64,000 nucleotides of DNA from positions 128,025 through 192,024 of IMG/VR virus record IMGVR_UViG_3300031647_000750; one strand, 5' to 3'. This DNA is from a virus. Lineage: Duplodnaviria; Heunggongvirae; Uroviricota; Caudoviricetes. Under the pieces are notes generated by a model, which did not search any database, was not told the DNA's origin, and saw nothing but the letters and a program-made list of their open reading frames with translations. The position numbers were made by a program, and so were the translations under genes. Shown piece after piece: positions 16,975-25,753 of the stretch. Each line of letters begins with the position of its first letter. Positions within the stretch are counted from its first letter, which is position 1.

Positions 16975-17051
16975 GCGCGGTTGCCAGAGTAGCCAACGGA
17001 GCGGCTTGCAAACCCGTACAACCATCGGTGCAAATCCGATACCGCGCTCCA
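16975..17051 (+). tRNA. tRNA (possibly Cys, GCA); anticodon arm not confidently folded
   Basis: Perfect acceptor GCGCGGT/ACCGCGC; T-arm ATCGG-TGCAAAT-CCGAT; CCA encoded. Confidence 0.45.
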
Positions 17052-17099
17052 ATTTTAAGTTCCGTTCGTCTATCGGTTAGGACATACGGGAAGAATTAC

Positions 17100-17176
17100 A
17101 TCCCCATAGATTACGTTGGTTAAATCACTAGACTTTCACTCTAGCGAACCGGGATCGTCGCCCGGTGGGGATACCA
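17100..17176 (+). tRNA. tRNA-Glu (TTC)
   Basis: Perfect acceptor ATCCCCA/TGGGGAT; D-stem GATT/AATC; anticodon stem CTAGA/TCTAG with loop CTTTCAC; T-stem CCGGG/CCCGG with atypical loop ATCGTCG; CCA encoded. Confidence 0.7.
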
Positions 17177-17181
17177 TTTTT

Positions 17182-17280
17182 GTCTTATAGTTTAATATGG
17201 CATTTGGGTATGACGATACTCAAGAATAGAATCTTGCAATCAGCGAGAGATACAGGTATTGCATAATCCTGTTAAGACAA
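17182..17280 (+). ncRNA. tRNA-like element (~99 nt) with perfect 7-bp terminal pairing TGTCTTA/TAAGACA and stem ACAGG/CCTGT; interior not canonical
   Basis: Terminal helices seen; no CCA. Confidence 0.2.
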
Positions 17281-17292
17281 ATTATTTTTAAT

Positions 17293-17367
17293 GCATCGGT
17301 AGTGTCAATGGAAACACGCGAGATTCCAAACTTCGTATTCTAGGTTCAAGTCCTAGTCGGTGTGCCA
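17293..17367 (+). tRNA. tRNA-Trp (CCA)
   Basis: T-arm CTAGG-TTCAAGT-CCTAG; anticodon loop TTCCAAA; D-stem GTGT/ACAC; acceptor pairs partly through G-U; CCA encoded. Confidence 0.55.
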
Positions 17368-17479
17368 CATTAAGGTAGTTAAGCAGTTGAGAACCATATC
17401 GTGAAACCTACGGGGGAGTTGGTATTGGAACAAATAGTTCGCTGCTCAAGAGGGTGTTGACCTCTACTGCCACCCTTTT

Positions 17480-17578
17480 TATCTTGTTGCTTAATTAAAG
17501 CAGTGGAATCCCTCATACATCGTCAATGCTATGAGAATGATGTTTCCATGCATGTAGGTGCAAATCCTACCAAGATAA
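17480..17578 (+). ncRNA. tRNA-like element (~99 nt) with acceptor-like TATCTTG/CAAGATA and canonical T-arm GTAGG-TGCAAAT-CCTAC but a long unresolved interior (possible intron or long variable arm)
   Basis: Terminal helix and T-arm seen; interior not folded. Confidence 0.25.
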
Positions 17579-17589
17579 ATTATTTTTAA

Positions 17590-17675
17590 GCAGGATACGA
17601 CTCATGGTGAGACAGCGGATTGTAAATCCGTAGCGTGTAATGCGCAAGTAGGTTCAATTCCTTCATCCTGCACCA
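17590..17675 (+). tRNA. tRNA-Tyr (GTA), class II
   Basis: Perfect acceptor GCAGGAT/ATCCTGC; anticodon stem GCGGA/TCCGT with loop TTGTAAA; variable stem-loop; CCA encoded. Confidence 0.6.
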
Positions 17676-17682
17676 CTTTTAA

Positions 17683-17760
17683 GCCGCAGTGACCCAAATA
17701 GGTAGAGGTGCTGGTTTTAGAAACCAGATGTTGTAGGTTCGATCCCTACTTGCGGTACCA
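17683..17760 (+). tRNA. tRNA with anticodon TAG (would read CUA, Leu) but short (class I-like) variable region
   Basis: Anticodon stem CTGGT/ACCAG with loop TTTAGAA; T-arm GTAGG-TTCGATC-CCTAC; acceptor GCCGCAG/TTGCGGT with terminal G-U pairs; CCA encoded. Confidence 0.45.
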
Positions 17761-17795
17761 ACATAAATACAACCATATATAGGAGAAACCATATA

Positions 17796-18119
17796 ATGGC
17801 AATTACATTATCTAAAGAAGCATCAGAGCGCATATCAGATTACATGATCAACAGAGGACCTACGTACGGTGTACGTGTAGGTGTAAGAACAACAGGTTGT
17901 TCTGGTCTTGCATACATAGTAGAGTTTGTCGATAATATTGACGAGAATGATACAGTCTTTGTATCAAATGAAATAAGTATTGTAGTAGATCCTAAAGGTT
18001 TAACATACCTTGACGGTACTGAGTTGGATTATGGACGTGATGGACTCAACGAAGGATTCAGATTTAATAATCCAAACGCAAAAGACGAATGCGGTTGTGG
18101 CGAAAGTTTCACTGTATAA
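17796..18119 (+). CDS. A-type Fe-S cluster carrier (IscA/ErpA/HesB family)
   Basis: 107 aa with the conserved Cys triad (C..GCSG ... C-G-C-G C-terminal motif ECGCGESF). Confidence 0.75.
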   Translation: MAITLSKEASERISDYMINRGPTYGVRVGVRTTGCSGLAYIVEFVDNIDENDTVFVSNEISIVVDPKGLTYLDGTELDYGRDGLNEGFRFNNPNAKDECGCGESFTV

Positions 18120-18137
18120 TATTTTATTAAATAAGTG

Positions 18138-18166
18138 TTGACAAGAGAAGTATAATGCGTTACAAT
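18138..18166 (+). promoter_or_regulatory. Promoter ATAAGTGTTGACAAG-17-TACAAT
   Basis: Third copy of the extended -35 family. Confidence 0.5.
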
Positions 18167-18277
18167 AGCACAACGTTTTGAGAAAGACATAAAGTTTTTT
18201 GATAAATAAATAAGAAGTTTATGCTGACGTATTTCAAGTCACTAATTTAGAAATAGTTTAAAATAGTTTAAAATAGT

Positions 18278-18310
18278 AGTTGACAATAGTTAATAAGTTT
18301 GATATAATAG
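18278..18310 (+). promoter_or_regulatory. Promoter TAGTTGACAATAG-N-GATATAAT driving small-RNA candidate 1
   Basis: Consensus hexamers; similar to the promoter at 18465. Confidence 0.45.
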
Positions 18311-18314
18311 TAGA

Positions 18315-18450
18315 ACAAGTTGAGAGATCAACACGCTCTTTAAAAATAGTTTGTTTTAATATGTATTATTGTTGATGAAAGTAGGGCTTGATGTTGGAAG
18401 TAGAACCATTAAGGTGTCTGACGATAGTTAACAATAATATATTTTAAAAT
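18315..18450 (+). ncRNA. Candidate small RNA 1 (diverged member of a repeat family). It ends in ...GACGATAGTTAAC followed by A/T-rich sequence.
   Basis: No ORF; follows a promoter; shares 3' motif CGATAGTTAA and an internal GGAAGTAG..AAGG core with units at 18556 and 18715. Confidence 0.3.
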
Positions 18451-18464
18451 GAATTAAAATAGTT

Positions 18465-18498
18465 ATTGACATTGTTATGAAACTTTGTTATACTATTA
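18465..18498 (+). promoter_or_regulatory. Promoter TTATTGACATTG-N-TTATACT driving small-RNA candidates 2a and 2b
   Basis: Consensus-like -35 and -10. Confidence 0.45.
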
Positions 18499-18555
18499 AA
18501 GTGTTCTTTTGTATACACATTAGGTAGATACTGATTTTAGTAGGTATGGTGATTC

Positions 18556-18646
18556 GTGCTGAACGTTGAAGGGAATCGCTAAATGACAAGGGACTTGCTG
18601 TGTGGGATTAATCATCCCTGTCGTAGACAAGCGGTTGTTAAATAAT
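18556..18646 (+). ncRNA. Candidate structured small RNA 2a (core GTGCTGAACGTTGAAGGGAATCGCTAAATGACAAGGG...GGGATTAATCATCCC hairpin)
   Basis: Non-coding; near-duplicate of 18715-18812 with compensatory-looking changes. Confidence 0.35.
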
Positions 18647-18714
18647 GTGTATGCAAAAGTGTATTTTAATATATGCTATTGGGTAGAGCCAGATCGTAGT
18701 AAGCATAAGGGTGC

Positions 18715-18812
18715 GTGCTGAAATTTGAAGGGAATCGCTGAACGACAATAGGTTTAATGTATACAGACTAATCCCTGTATATTGGAACCAACGATAGTTA
18801 AACGATAGTATA
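18715..18812 (+). ncRNA. Candidate structured small RNA 2b (core GTGCTGAAATTTGAAGGGAATCGCTGAACGACAATAGG...)
   Basis: Paralog of 18556-18646; ends CGATAGTTAAACGATAG plus A/T-rich sequence. Confidence 0.35.
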
Positions 18813-18842
18813 TTTTAAAGTTTATTTTAAATAAAGTTTAAT

Positions 18843-18918
18843 TCCTGAATAGCTCAGTTGGTAGAGCAGTAGACTGTTAATCTATTTGTCGTTGGTTCGA
18901 GCCCAACTTCAGGAGCCA
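18843..18918 (+). tRNA. tRNA-Asn (GTT)
   Basis: Canonical cloverleaf: acceptor TCCTGAA/TTCAGGA, D-stem GCTC/GAGC, anticodon loop CTGTTAA, T-arm GTTGG-TTCGAGC-CCAAC, CCA. Confidence 0.85.
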
Positions 18919-19018
18919 TTTTCATAGTTAGTTTATTCCTTCTTACAGGATATCCTGAGAAGATACGAAGAAAACTGATAGCATCACATCTGAAACAATG
19001 ACGATGTGGTGCGGTTGC

Positions 19019-19092
19019 GCCCGATTAGTTAAGTGGTATAACAATTGCCTTGTAAGCATTAGTTGGTGGTTCGATTCCATCATTGGGCACCA
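19019..19092 (+). tRNA. tRNA-Thr (TGT)
   Basis: Acceptor GCCCGAT/ATTGGGC; D-stem GTTA/TAAC; anticodon loop CTTGTAA; T-loop TTCGATT; CCA. Confidence 0.7.
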
Positions 19093-19235
19093 TTTTTTAA
19101 AGTAGTATTAAGTAGTTACCCTAGCGGCTCATAAGAGAGAGTCGGTTCATTGCATATAGTTACAGTTATGTGTAGTCAGCGAAATGTGCATCTGTAAGTG
19201 CATGTAGACTCGGCTAACTTCTTAATATTATTTTT

Positions 19236-19311
19236 GCTGACGTAGCTCACTCGGGAGAGCGCGACCCTGTCAAGGTCGAGGTAGTGGGATCGAAACCCAT
19301 CGTTGGCGCCA
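19236..19311 (+). tRNA. tRNA-Asp (GTC)
   Basis: D-stem GCTC/GAGC; anticodon stem CGACC/GGTCG with loop CTGTCAA; T-stem GTGGG/CCCAT with loop ATCGAAA; CCA. Confidence 0.8.
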
Positions 19312-19357
19312 CATTTAAGATCAAATTTCTTGACCAGAAGTTTGAAACAACGTTTTA

Positions 19358-19448
19358 TAGAGAGTTGGCAGAGTGGTCGAATGCACTGGTCTTGAAAACC
19401 AGCAAGGGTTCATAGCCCTTCGAGAGTTCGAACCTCTCACTCTCTGCC
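19358..19448 (+). tRNA. tRNA-Ser (TGA), class II
   Basis: Perfect acceptor AGAGAGT/ACTCTCT; 3-bp D-stem; anticodon stem CTGGT/ACCAG with loop CTTGAAA; variable hairpin AAGGG/CCCTT; T-arm GAGAG-TTCGAAC-CTCTC; CCA. Confidence 0.85.
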
Positions 19449-19516
19449 ATTTTAGATAGTGCTAAATAGATAGTTCGTCAGATGATGTAACTATTTTATA
19501 GGAATAAACCATGTAT

Positions 19517-19591
19517 AATATAATTTGTCCCATTAGCATAATGGATAGTGCAGTGGATTTCTACTCCATAGATCAGGGTTCGACTCCTTGA
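19517..19591 (+). tRNA. tRNA-Arg (TCT)
   Basis: Perfect acceptor GTCCCAT/ATGGGAC; anticodon loop TTTCTAC; T-arm CAGGG-TTCGACT-CCTTG; CCA; -10 TATAAT upstream. Confidence 0.8.
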
Positions 19592-19711
19592 TGGGACACC
19601 AATTTTAAAGAGCGTACAGTATCATCGCTTGTCAAGTAGATACTCAGGTAACATCAGGCATAGCCCCTCATGATGTTATTAGGTGAGGGGGTGAGACAAG
19701 CACATTTTTAT

Positions 19712-19781
19712 ATCATCATTTGCCAATTGGTAAGGTTAGGCGAAGTAGTCGTTACTGGTTCGATTCCAGTTGGTGATACCA
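19712..19781 (+). ncRNA. tRNA-like element (70 nt) with a good acceptor and T-arm (ACTGG-TTCGATT-CCAGT) and CCA but a compressed, unresolved D/anticodon region
   Basis: Partial fold only. Confidence 0.3.
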
Positions 19782-19789
19782 ATTTTAAT

Positions 19790-19861
19790 GCGGGATGCTA
19801 AGGTATGCACTCCGGGCTCATAACCCGCGAGGTTGAGTTTCGATTACTCTTTCCGCTACCA
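19790..19861 (+). ncRNA. tRNA-like element with a CAT anticodon loop (CTCATAA) but an imperfect acceptor and T-stem
   Basis: Anticodon hairpin CCGGG/CCCGC is recognisable; other arms weak. Confidence 0.3.
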
Positions 19862-19866
19862 CATTA

Positions 19867-19944
19867 GGGCCTATAGCTTAGTTGGTTTAAAGCAGACGAC
19901 TCATAATCGTAAGATCCTTGGTTCAAGTCCAAGTAGGCCCACCA
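19867..19944 (+). tRNA. tRNA with CAT anticodon (elongator Met or Ile2-lysidine type)
   Basis: Perfect acceptor GGGCCTA/TAGGCCC; D-stem GCTT/AAGC; anticodon loop CTCATAA; T-arm CTTGG-TTCAAGT-CCAAG; CCA. Confidence 0.8.
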
Positions 19945-20081
19945 CTATAATTTATTTTTGTATAAGATTTGTCTTATACATTTACAGAAATCGCTTCTGT
20001 TATCGTGACATACAACGACAACGATAGCGTTACACTCGTAACAAATACATGTTAATTATGCGAGTTGACGATAACAGAGGC

Positions 20082-20156
20082 GGCGCTATTCGCGAGTATC
20101 GTATAATGGTTATTACGGGAGGTTTCCAACCTTTTGATGTCAGTTCGATTCTGACT
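20082..20156 (+). tRNA. tRNA-Gly (TCC)
   Basis: Perfect acceptor GCGAGTA/TACTCGC; anticodon loop TTTCCAA; T-arm GTCAG-TTCGATT-CTGAC; CCA. Confidence 0.85.
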
Positions 20157-20178
20157 ACTCGCTCCAATATGTAAGAAG

Positions 20179-20264
20179 TAAAGAACATGCCTTGGTGGTG
20201 GAATTAGGTATACACATCAGATTTAAAATCTGACGACTTCGGTCATGCGGGTTCAAGTCCCGCT
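20179..20264 (+). tRNA. tRNA-Leu (TAA), class II
   Basis: Anticodon stem TCAGA/TCTGA with loop TTTAAAA; variable hairpin GAC-TTCG-GTC; T-arm GCGGG-TTCAAGT-CCCGC; CCA. Confidence 0.85.
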
Positions 20265-20296
20265 CAAGGCACCAAAATTAAAATAGAAGATGTAAT

Positions 20297-21028
20297 ATGA
20301 ATAGTTTGTTTGAATACACAGAAGCAGTAGAAGAGTGCAAAGGTTCGTTAGAAGGTGATGGTGATAATAAGTTATTTACCGAAGCAGAGCGTGTTCTATC
20401 TACTGAAATAAACAACGAAGAAAAGATATTAAAGCATCCGATATTACATGAAGCGTTTGATCGCATCGTAGAGCAACATGTACCAAATCAATCAACTGCA
20501 TTTTTATCATTATGCACTGCTACTCGTCCTTATAACAAGAGCAAGAAGTGGAAAGGATTCATCAACAAGTTTGGTGGTAAGGTAGATATGATAGTTGTAT
20601 CTAATGGTGGTATGATGCCACAACAGTTTTGGAAAAGTTGGCCCTATTTGAATTACGATGGGGGTGATCATTATGATGTTAAAATGTATCAAGATATTAT
20701 GCATGAACGATTATTGAAGTTTTTTAGGAAGCACAATTACAGTAATGTTATTGCAAACTTTAGACCTAATTTAATCAATCATCAACCAGCACATGATGCG
20801 CTTTCTATTCTGAAAGAAGAAGGTAGCATTGGTGATTATATTGTAATGCCTAATCAGGAGTTGTATGATAAGGCACAGTCATTAGGTTGGCGACCACCAC
20901 AAGGTCAAGGTGATATGTTCCCTGATTTAACCAATACGATACTGAGTGCATTAACTGCTCAAGTGGAAGAATTCGGGTATGATGAAGATTTATTTACTGT
21001 TCATGAAAAATTAAAGTACAATAAGTAG
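20297..21028 (+). CDS. Hypothetical protein
   Basis: ORF; start immediately downstream of the tRNA cluster. Confidence 0.45.
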   Translation: MNSLFEYTEAVEECKGSLEGDGDNKLFTEAERVLSTEINNEEKILKHPILHEAFDRIVEQHVPNQSTAFLSLCTATRPYNKSKKWKGFINKFGGKVDMIVVSNGGMMPQQFWKSWPYLNYDGGDHYDVKMYQDIMHERLLKFFRKHNYSNVIANFRPNLINHQPAHDALSILKEEGSIGDYIVMPNQELYDKAQSLGWRPPQGQGDMFPDLTNTILSALTAQVEEFGYDEDLFTVHEKLKYNK

Positions 21029-21073
21029 GTTATTTTTATAGTATAAATAATACTATAGACAGGGAGAAAGATA

Positions 21074-21748
21074 TTGTTCAAGGGAATATATAATCTTTTT
21101 AAGCAGAAAGAAGAGCCTATAGCAGAGATGATTGAAATCCCTGTTAAAAACCCAGAATTACCTCATATTGTGTTTATACACGGTGCTGGATGTAGTCATC
21201 GCAGTTGGAATTATATATTAGCAAAACTTAACCCTACCCGTTACACTATGTTAGAGTATTCGGTAGATGATAAGTTTTATACTAATCTAAATAAACTGTC
21301 GACTATTGTTGGTCAAATACATGATAGGGATTTATTTATAATATCTCATTCTATGGGTGGTATATATGCATTGCATTTATGTCAGAGTTTTAGTCATAGA
21401 GTAATTGGTTCAATATCTATCGCGACTCCGTTTGCGGGATCGAGAACAGCAGATTTTGTAAAATATGTATATCCATCGTATATATTGTTTCGAGATGTTG
21501 GAGTAAGAAGTGCGCCTATTATGAGGTGTCATGATATTACAATCAATGTACCTTGGACACAGATAGTTACGACAGATGGGCATGTACCGTGGCATAAGGG
21601 TGAGAACGATGGTGTTGTGACGGTAGAAAGTCAGCGTCATCGTAAAGATATAGATTATGTAGAAATACATGTAACCCACCATGAAGCGTTGGTGAGTGAT
21701 GAAGCATTAGATATTATAAAAGAAAAATTAGATATCAAAAACGCTTGA
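21074..21748 (+). CDS. Alpha/beta-hydrolase fold protein (GxSxG: SHSMGG)
   Basis: HGAG..SW oxyanion-type motif plus nucleophile elbow ISHSMGGIYALHL. TTG start after RBS GGGAGAAAG; an alternative ATG exists at 21128. Confidence 0.5.
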   Translation: MFKGIYNLFKQKEEPIAEMIEIPVKNPELPHIVFIHGAGCSHRSWNYILAKLNPTRYTMLEYSVDDKFYTNLNKLSTIVGQIHDRDLFIISHSMGGIYALHLCQSFSHRVIGSISIATPFAGSRTADFVKYVYPSYILFRDVGVRSAPIMRCHDITINVPWTQIVTTDGHVPWHKGENDGVVTVESQRHRKDIDYVEIHVTHHEALVSDEALDIIKEKLDIKNA

Positions 21749-21822
21749 CAGAACACGTTACATAGTGTATAATAATTTATTAGATAAATAAAGTAGTAAG
21801 TATGAAGTGGTTACATAATCGT

Positions 21823-21898
21823 GGGGATATAGCTCAGTTGGGAGAGCGACTGCCTTGCACGCAGTAGGTCGTAGGTTCGATCCCTATTATCTCCACCA
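21823..21898 (+). tRNA. tRNA-Ala (TGC), copy 1
   Basis: GGGGATATAGCTCAGTTGGGAGAGC...CTTGCAC...GGTTCGATCC...TATCTCCACCA canonical. Confidence 0.9.
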
Positions 21899-21947
21899 TT
21901 ATGTGACTATTAGTCTAATAAATAAAGTAGCAAGTATGAAGTACAAT

Positions 21948-22023
21948 GGGGATATAGCTCAGTTGGGAGAGCGACTGCCTTGCACGCAGTAGGTCGTAGG
22001 TTCGATCCCTATTATCTCCACCA
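21948..22023 (+). tRNA. tRNA-Ala (TGC), copy 2, identical to copy 1 and part of a ~120-bp segmental duplication
   Basis: Identical sequence; the upstream flank AAATAAAGTAG(T/C)AAGTATGAAGT is also duplicated. Confidence 0.9.
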
Positions 22024-22058
22024 TTTTAAAATTAAAGAGATATCAAATTTCTTTAAAA

Positions 22059-22134
<76 letters not shown>

Positions 22135-22142
22135 AATAATCA

Positions 22143-22167
22143 GACTCCCTTCGGGGAGTTTTTTGTT
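22143..22167 (+). terminator. Rho-independent terminator ending the tRNA cluster
   Basis: GACTCCC-TTCG-GGGAGT followed by TTTTTTG. Confidence 0.75.
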
Positions 22168-22210
22168 TCTGCAATAAATACAATTATGAAAATTTATAAG
22201 AATAATCCGA

Positions 22211-23236
22211 ATGTATGACATTAAAACAATAGAATTGGAATTAGCAACTGTGTGCAATGCATATTGTCCCGTATGTATTCGCTATGATGCAAGAGACGAA
22301 GGTTTATTTTTAAACCCCAAAGCCAATCTTAATCAATTGATAGATCTAGATACTATCGACAAATGTTTTAAATCAGACAAAATACCCGATGACGTAGAAG
22401 TGAGTCTAGTTGGTACTTCTGGCGATCCACTTGCTCATCCTAAAATTTTAGATATTATCAAATTGATATTACATCATAAGTCGCATGCAACATTTAATAT
22501 CCATACTAATGGTGGACTTAGATCAACAAAATTATTCGCTGAACTTGCACATATATTAGGAGATGGCGATAGGTTTTGTTTTAGTTTAGATGGGTTAGCA
22601 GATACCAACCATATATATCGAATAGGGGTTGACTTCAAGAAAGTAATATCTAATATGACTGCATTCATTGAAGCGGGCGGCACACCAATTTGGCAATTTG
22701 TGATATTTGATTGGAACAAACATCAGATAGAAGAATGTAGAAAATATGCATTTGATTTAGGCTGTAGAGCATTTGAGTCTCGCGAAAATGTCAATCCCGG
22801 GCTTATAGATGTCGCCATCGCATCTGCAAATAAGCAGATAGTTAATGCTGTATCTCCATCGTTTTATTCTGATAGTATGGTCGAGTCTGATGATTATGAT
22901 TACATAGACGATGCGTGTATTCAAGAACAAGGAATATTCATGGCACCAGATGGTAAAGTATATCCTTGTTGTATGTTCTATGCGGAACGTGCGGGTCCAG
23001 GTTCTACATTGGTGTACGATACCATGTATAAGAAGTTTGGATATGATTGGAATGATTTAACTATATATTCACTAGATCAGATTCTAGATCATGCTTGGTG
23101 GGATGAACTACATACCAGCATAGTTAAAAGTCCATGTGTTACATGCATCAATAACTGTGGTGCTGTTCGTGATGAACGTAGTAATTCTGACATAAACGAA
23201 AAGGCATATCAAAATATTTCAAGGACATTAATATGA
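22211..23236 (+). CDS. Radical SAM enzyme, short form (paralog D), with a C-terminal YPCC domain
   Basis: ATVCNAYCPVC is a C-x3-C-x2-C motif; LVGTSGDPLAHP is present; C-terminal DGKVYPCCMFY plus CVTCINNC. Confidence 0.7.
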   Translation: MYDIKTIELELATVCNAYCPVCIRYDARDEGLFLNPKANLNQLIDLDTIDKCFKSDKIPDDVEVSLVGTSGDPLAHPKILDIIKLILHHKSHATFNIHTNGGLRSTKLFAELAHILGDGDRFCFSLDGLADTNHIYRIGVDFKKVISNMTAFIEAGGTPIWQFVIFDWNKHQIEECRKYAFDLGCRAFESRENVNPGLIDVAIASANKQIVNAVSPSFYSDSMVESDDYDYIDDACIQEQGIFMAPDGKVYPCCMFYAERAGPGSTLVYDTMYKKFGYDWNDLTIYSLDQILDHAWWDELHTSIVKSPCVTCINNCGAVRDERSNSDINEKAYQNISRTLI

Positions 23237-23583
23237 CAGTACCATTATTCAATAAGACATTCAAATTATTTGTATTTAAGGGTGATAACGAAGTAAGTAT
23301 ATCACTTAGAATCACCGATAAATGTTGTAGATCATTCATGATGCCATTAGAAGATTTCACGTATATCATTAACAATTGGCGCACAGGTGTTGATGGTAGA
23401 AACATAGATGGTAATCGTTGGTGGTGGGAATACAGAGATTGTGGTCCGAGACCAGAAATAGCCCCAGCAGATTTTGTATCTATTAGTGTACATGGATGGA
23501 ACTGGCGCGTTACGGTAGCAGAGATGGAAGAGTTAGAAAGTGCATTTAATTTTCAGTTAATCAATAAAAATCATTGGGATTAA
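23233..23583 (+). CDS. Hypothetical protein (Trp-rich)
   Basis: ORF coupled to the upstream gene (ATGA overlap). Confidence 0.4.
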   Translation: MTVPLFNKTFKLFVFKGDNEVSISLRITDKCCRSFMMPLEDFTYIINNWRTGVDGRNIDGNRWWWEYRDCGPRPEIAPADFVSISVHGWNWRVTVAEMEELESAFNFQLINKNHWD

Positions 23584-23595
23584 CTAAATAAGTGT

Positions 23596-24087
23596 ATGGG
23601 AAAAATAATAAAATCAATTAGTCTAACACAACTCGTATTTACGTTGATATTTTTATCTATGTTTACGGCTATTGGCTTAAATATATATCTATATGTGAAG
23701 TTACATCAAGCATGGCCATTAGAACATTTCAATGGTAATATAGAAACTCCTGTTGATATATCGGTTGATAAAACGATTGTTGCATCTGGTACATTTAATC
23801 GTCGTGTGGCATGTGAAATGTATAATTTCAGTTTGCAGTTACGAAATGTAGACACGAGAGATATAATTATATTAAATCCCGAACATTTAGCAACGGCACC
23901 TACCACTACGATGTCACCAGCGAAAGATATAGATGTTAATTTTTCGCTACATATTCCAAGTAATCTATATGTTGGATTTTGGACACCTACATTCACTGGG
24001 CACTATATCTGTAAAAGCGGTATGTTCACACAAAATAAGACTCAGCGCATCGTCGTTGATTCATTCGAAGTAATCAAATCTAAATAA
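23596..24087 (+). CDS. Hypothetical membrane-anchored protein
   Basis: N-terminal TM helix. Confidence 0.4.
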   Translation: MGKIIKSISLTQLVFTLIFLSMFTAIGLNIYLYVKLHQAWPLEHFNGNIETPVDISVDKTIVASGTFNRRVACEMYNFSLQLRNVDTRDIIILNPEHLATAPTTTMSPAKDIDVNFSLHIPSNLYVGFWTPTFTGHYICKSGMFTQNKTQRIVVDSFEVIKSK

Positions 24088-24104
24088 TCAAAAATAGGTA
24101 ATAT

Positions 24105-24968
24105 ATGAACTTATTAAAAAATATTGAATTGAAAGAAATTCAATCTACTGGTAGACCAGTGATTTTTAAGCACCCATCATTAATCGCCAACTTTCCTGAC
24201 AGACTAGACAAAGCAAAAACACTATTTGATCAGATGACAGTACCAATGTGTGAAAAATATAATAAATTTGATTTTGAAGATGAACATTTCAGAACAGATC
24301 ATTGGGAAGACGAAGAAGTACCTGATAAGATCTACGCACATCGCTATGGTGGTCCTGCATTCAGTTATGACATAGATACTATGGTAGGTCCTCAAGATTG
24401 GGAAGGTGATGGCGATGCTACCAAAGTAGGCGATCATGTGCTAAGACGTAAGATTTATCTGTATGATTGGACACGCGAGCGTATGAAAGATGGCAACATA
24501 CAACCAACCGCAGAAATGGAATATTTCTTGGACTTGCTTGATGTAGTTAAACCTATATTAGAACATTATAACAAAGAATGTTTATCAGATCAAACAGATA
24601 AAGTTAAGTTTTATCTTATTAAGATGATGTTGATCGAGTATAGCACACCGTGTGCGACAGATGATAATGTAGTAGAGCATAGGAAATTTAACACTGATCG
24701 TTTCGGTCCGTCTCATTGCGATGAAGCATTGTTGGGATTGCACGTTGGTGAGAGTATTAAAGAAATACAGACACGAAACCATGTTACTGGTGAATGGACT
24801 TATTTACCAGATAATGAGACATCACTTCTATTGTTTGGCGAAGATGCTGCAAAGAGTGACTGGGACCCGACCTATCATCGTATGATTCACAATCCAAATG
24901 GTGGGTCATCAGATTCACGTTATGTGATTCTAATAGATTATCAAGCACGTTACAAAAATAATGATTAA
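24105..24968 (+). CDS. Hypothetical protein, possibly of the 2OG-Fe(II) oxygenase fold (H-x-D...H pattern PSHCDE...YHRMIH)
   Basis: Motif-level resemblance only. Confidence 0.3.
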   Translation: MNLLKNIELKEIQSTGRPVIFKHPSLIANFPDRLDKAKTLFDQMTVPMCEKYNKFDFEDEHFRTDHWEDEEVPDKIYAHRYGGPAFSYDIDTMVGPQDWEGDGDATKVGDHVLRRKIYLYDWTRERMKDGNIQPTAEMEYFLDLLDVVKPILEHYNKECLSDQTDKVKFYLIKMMLIEYSTPCATDDNVVEHRKFNTDRFGPSHCDEALLGLHVGESIKEIQTRNHVTGEWTYLPDNETSLLLFGEDAAKSDWDPTYHRMIHNPNGGSSDSRYVILIDYQARYKNND

Positions 24969-24971
24969 GTG

Positions 24972-25000
24972 TTGACAAACAGCCACTTAGTTGATATAAT
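24972..25000 (+). promoter_or_regulatory. Promoter AAGTGTTGACAAAC-17-TATAAT upstream of clpP
   Basis: Consensus hexamers; member of the AAGTGTTGACA family. Confidence 0.55.
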
Positions 25001-25032
25001 AGTTCATAACCTAAATCGGAGTAGTAAATAAT

Positions 25033-25647
25033 ATGTTAGTACCAACAGTAGTAGAATCAACAGGACGTGGAGAACGCGCTTATGATATTTATAGTCGCTT
25101 GCTTCGTGATCGGATTATTATGCTCAATGGAGAAGTAAACGATCACACCGCAAACCTAATCGTAGCACAGATGTTATTTTTGGAATCAGAAAATCCATCA
25201 GAAGACATCAATTTTTACATCAATAGTGGCGGTGGTTCTGTCACCGCTGGACTTAGTATCTATGATACTATGCAGTATATCAATTCACCAGTGTCTACCA
25301 TCGTAATGGGACAAGCGTGTTCAATGGGATCATTGTTATCGCAAGCGGGCGCTCCAGGAAAGCGATTTGTTTTACCTAACAGTCGTACTATGATTCATCG
25401 TGTTAGTTCGGGCACTCAGGGTACACGTGGTAGTATTCATGTACAAGAACTTGAGTTTGAAGATGCAAAGCGACATATGGATGAGTCAGTTAATTTGAAC
25501 AATCGTCTTACGCAGTTGTATGTAGATCATAGCAGCAAAGGAAAATCATTTGATGAGTTTTATGCTACTATGAAGCACGACACTTTCATGTCAGCACCAG
25601 AAGCAGTTGAATTTGGTCTTGCTGATAAAGTGATTGCTAAGATCTAG
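25033..25647 (+). CDS. clpP: ATP-dependent Clp protease proteolytic subunit ClpP
   Basis: Full-length ClpP homology: YINSPGGSVTAG, catalytic [12 protein letters not shown](V) His. Confidence 0.85.
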   Translation: MLVPTVVESTGRGERAYDIYSRLLRDRIIMLNGEVNDHTANLIVAQMLFLESENPSEDINFYINSGGGSVTAGLSIYDTMQYINSPVSTIVMGQACSMGSLLSQAGAPGKRFVLPNSRTMIHRVSSGTQGTRGSIHVQELEFEDAKRHMDESVNLNNRLTQLYVDHSSKGKSFDEFYATMKHDTFMSAPEAVEFGLADKVIAKI

Positions 25648-25753
25648 ATTGATCAGAAGTTGGACAGTCAGTTCAACTTCATTTAGTCCCGCCAATGATA
25701 AATATGTATATCAGTCATATTATTGTGACATTAATATAAAAGGAATTTAATCA

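Noticed and set aside
17368-17480. Possible tRNA or terminator in GGGTGTTGACCTCTACTGCCACCCTTTTT
   Set aside because: A GGGTG...CACCC hairpin with a T-run could be a terminator, but the stem is short with a long loop, and no cloverleaf fits. It is left unannotated.
19833-20027. Track ORF of 64 aa
   Set aside because: It spans tRNA(CAT) 19867-19944 and the downstream hairpin, so it is a spurious reading of tRNA sequence.
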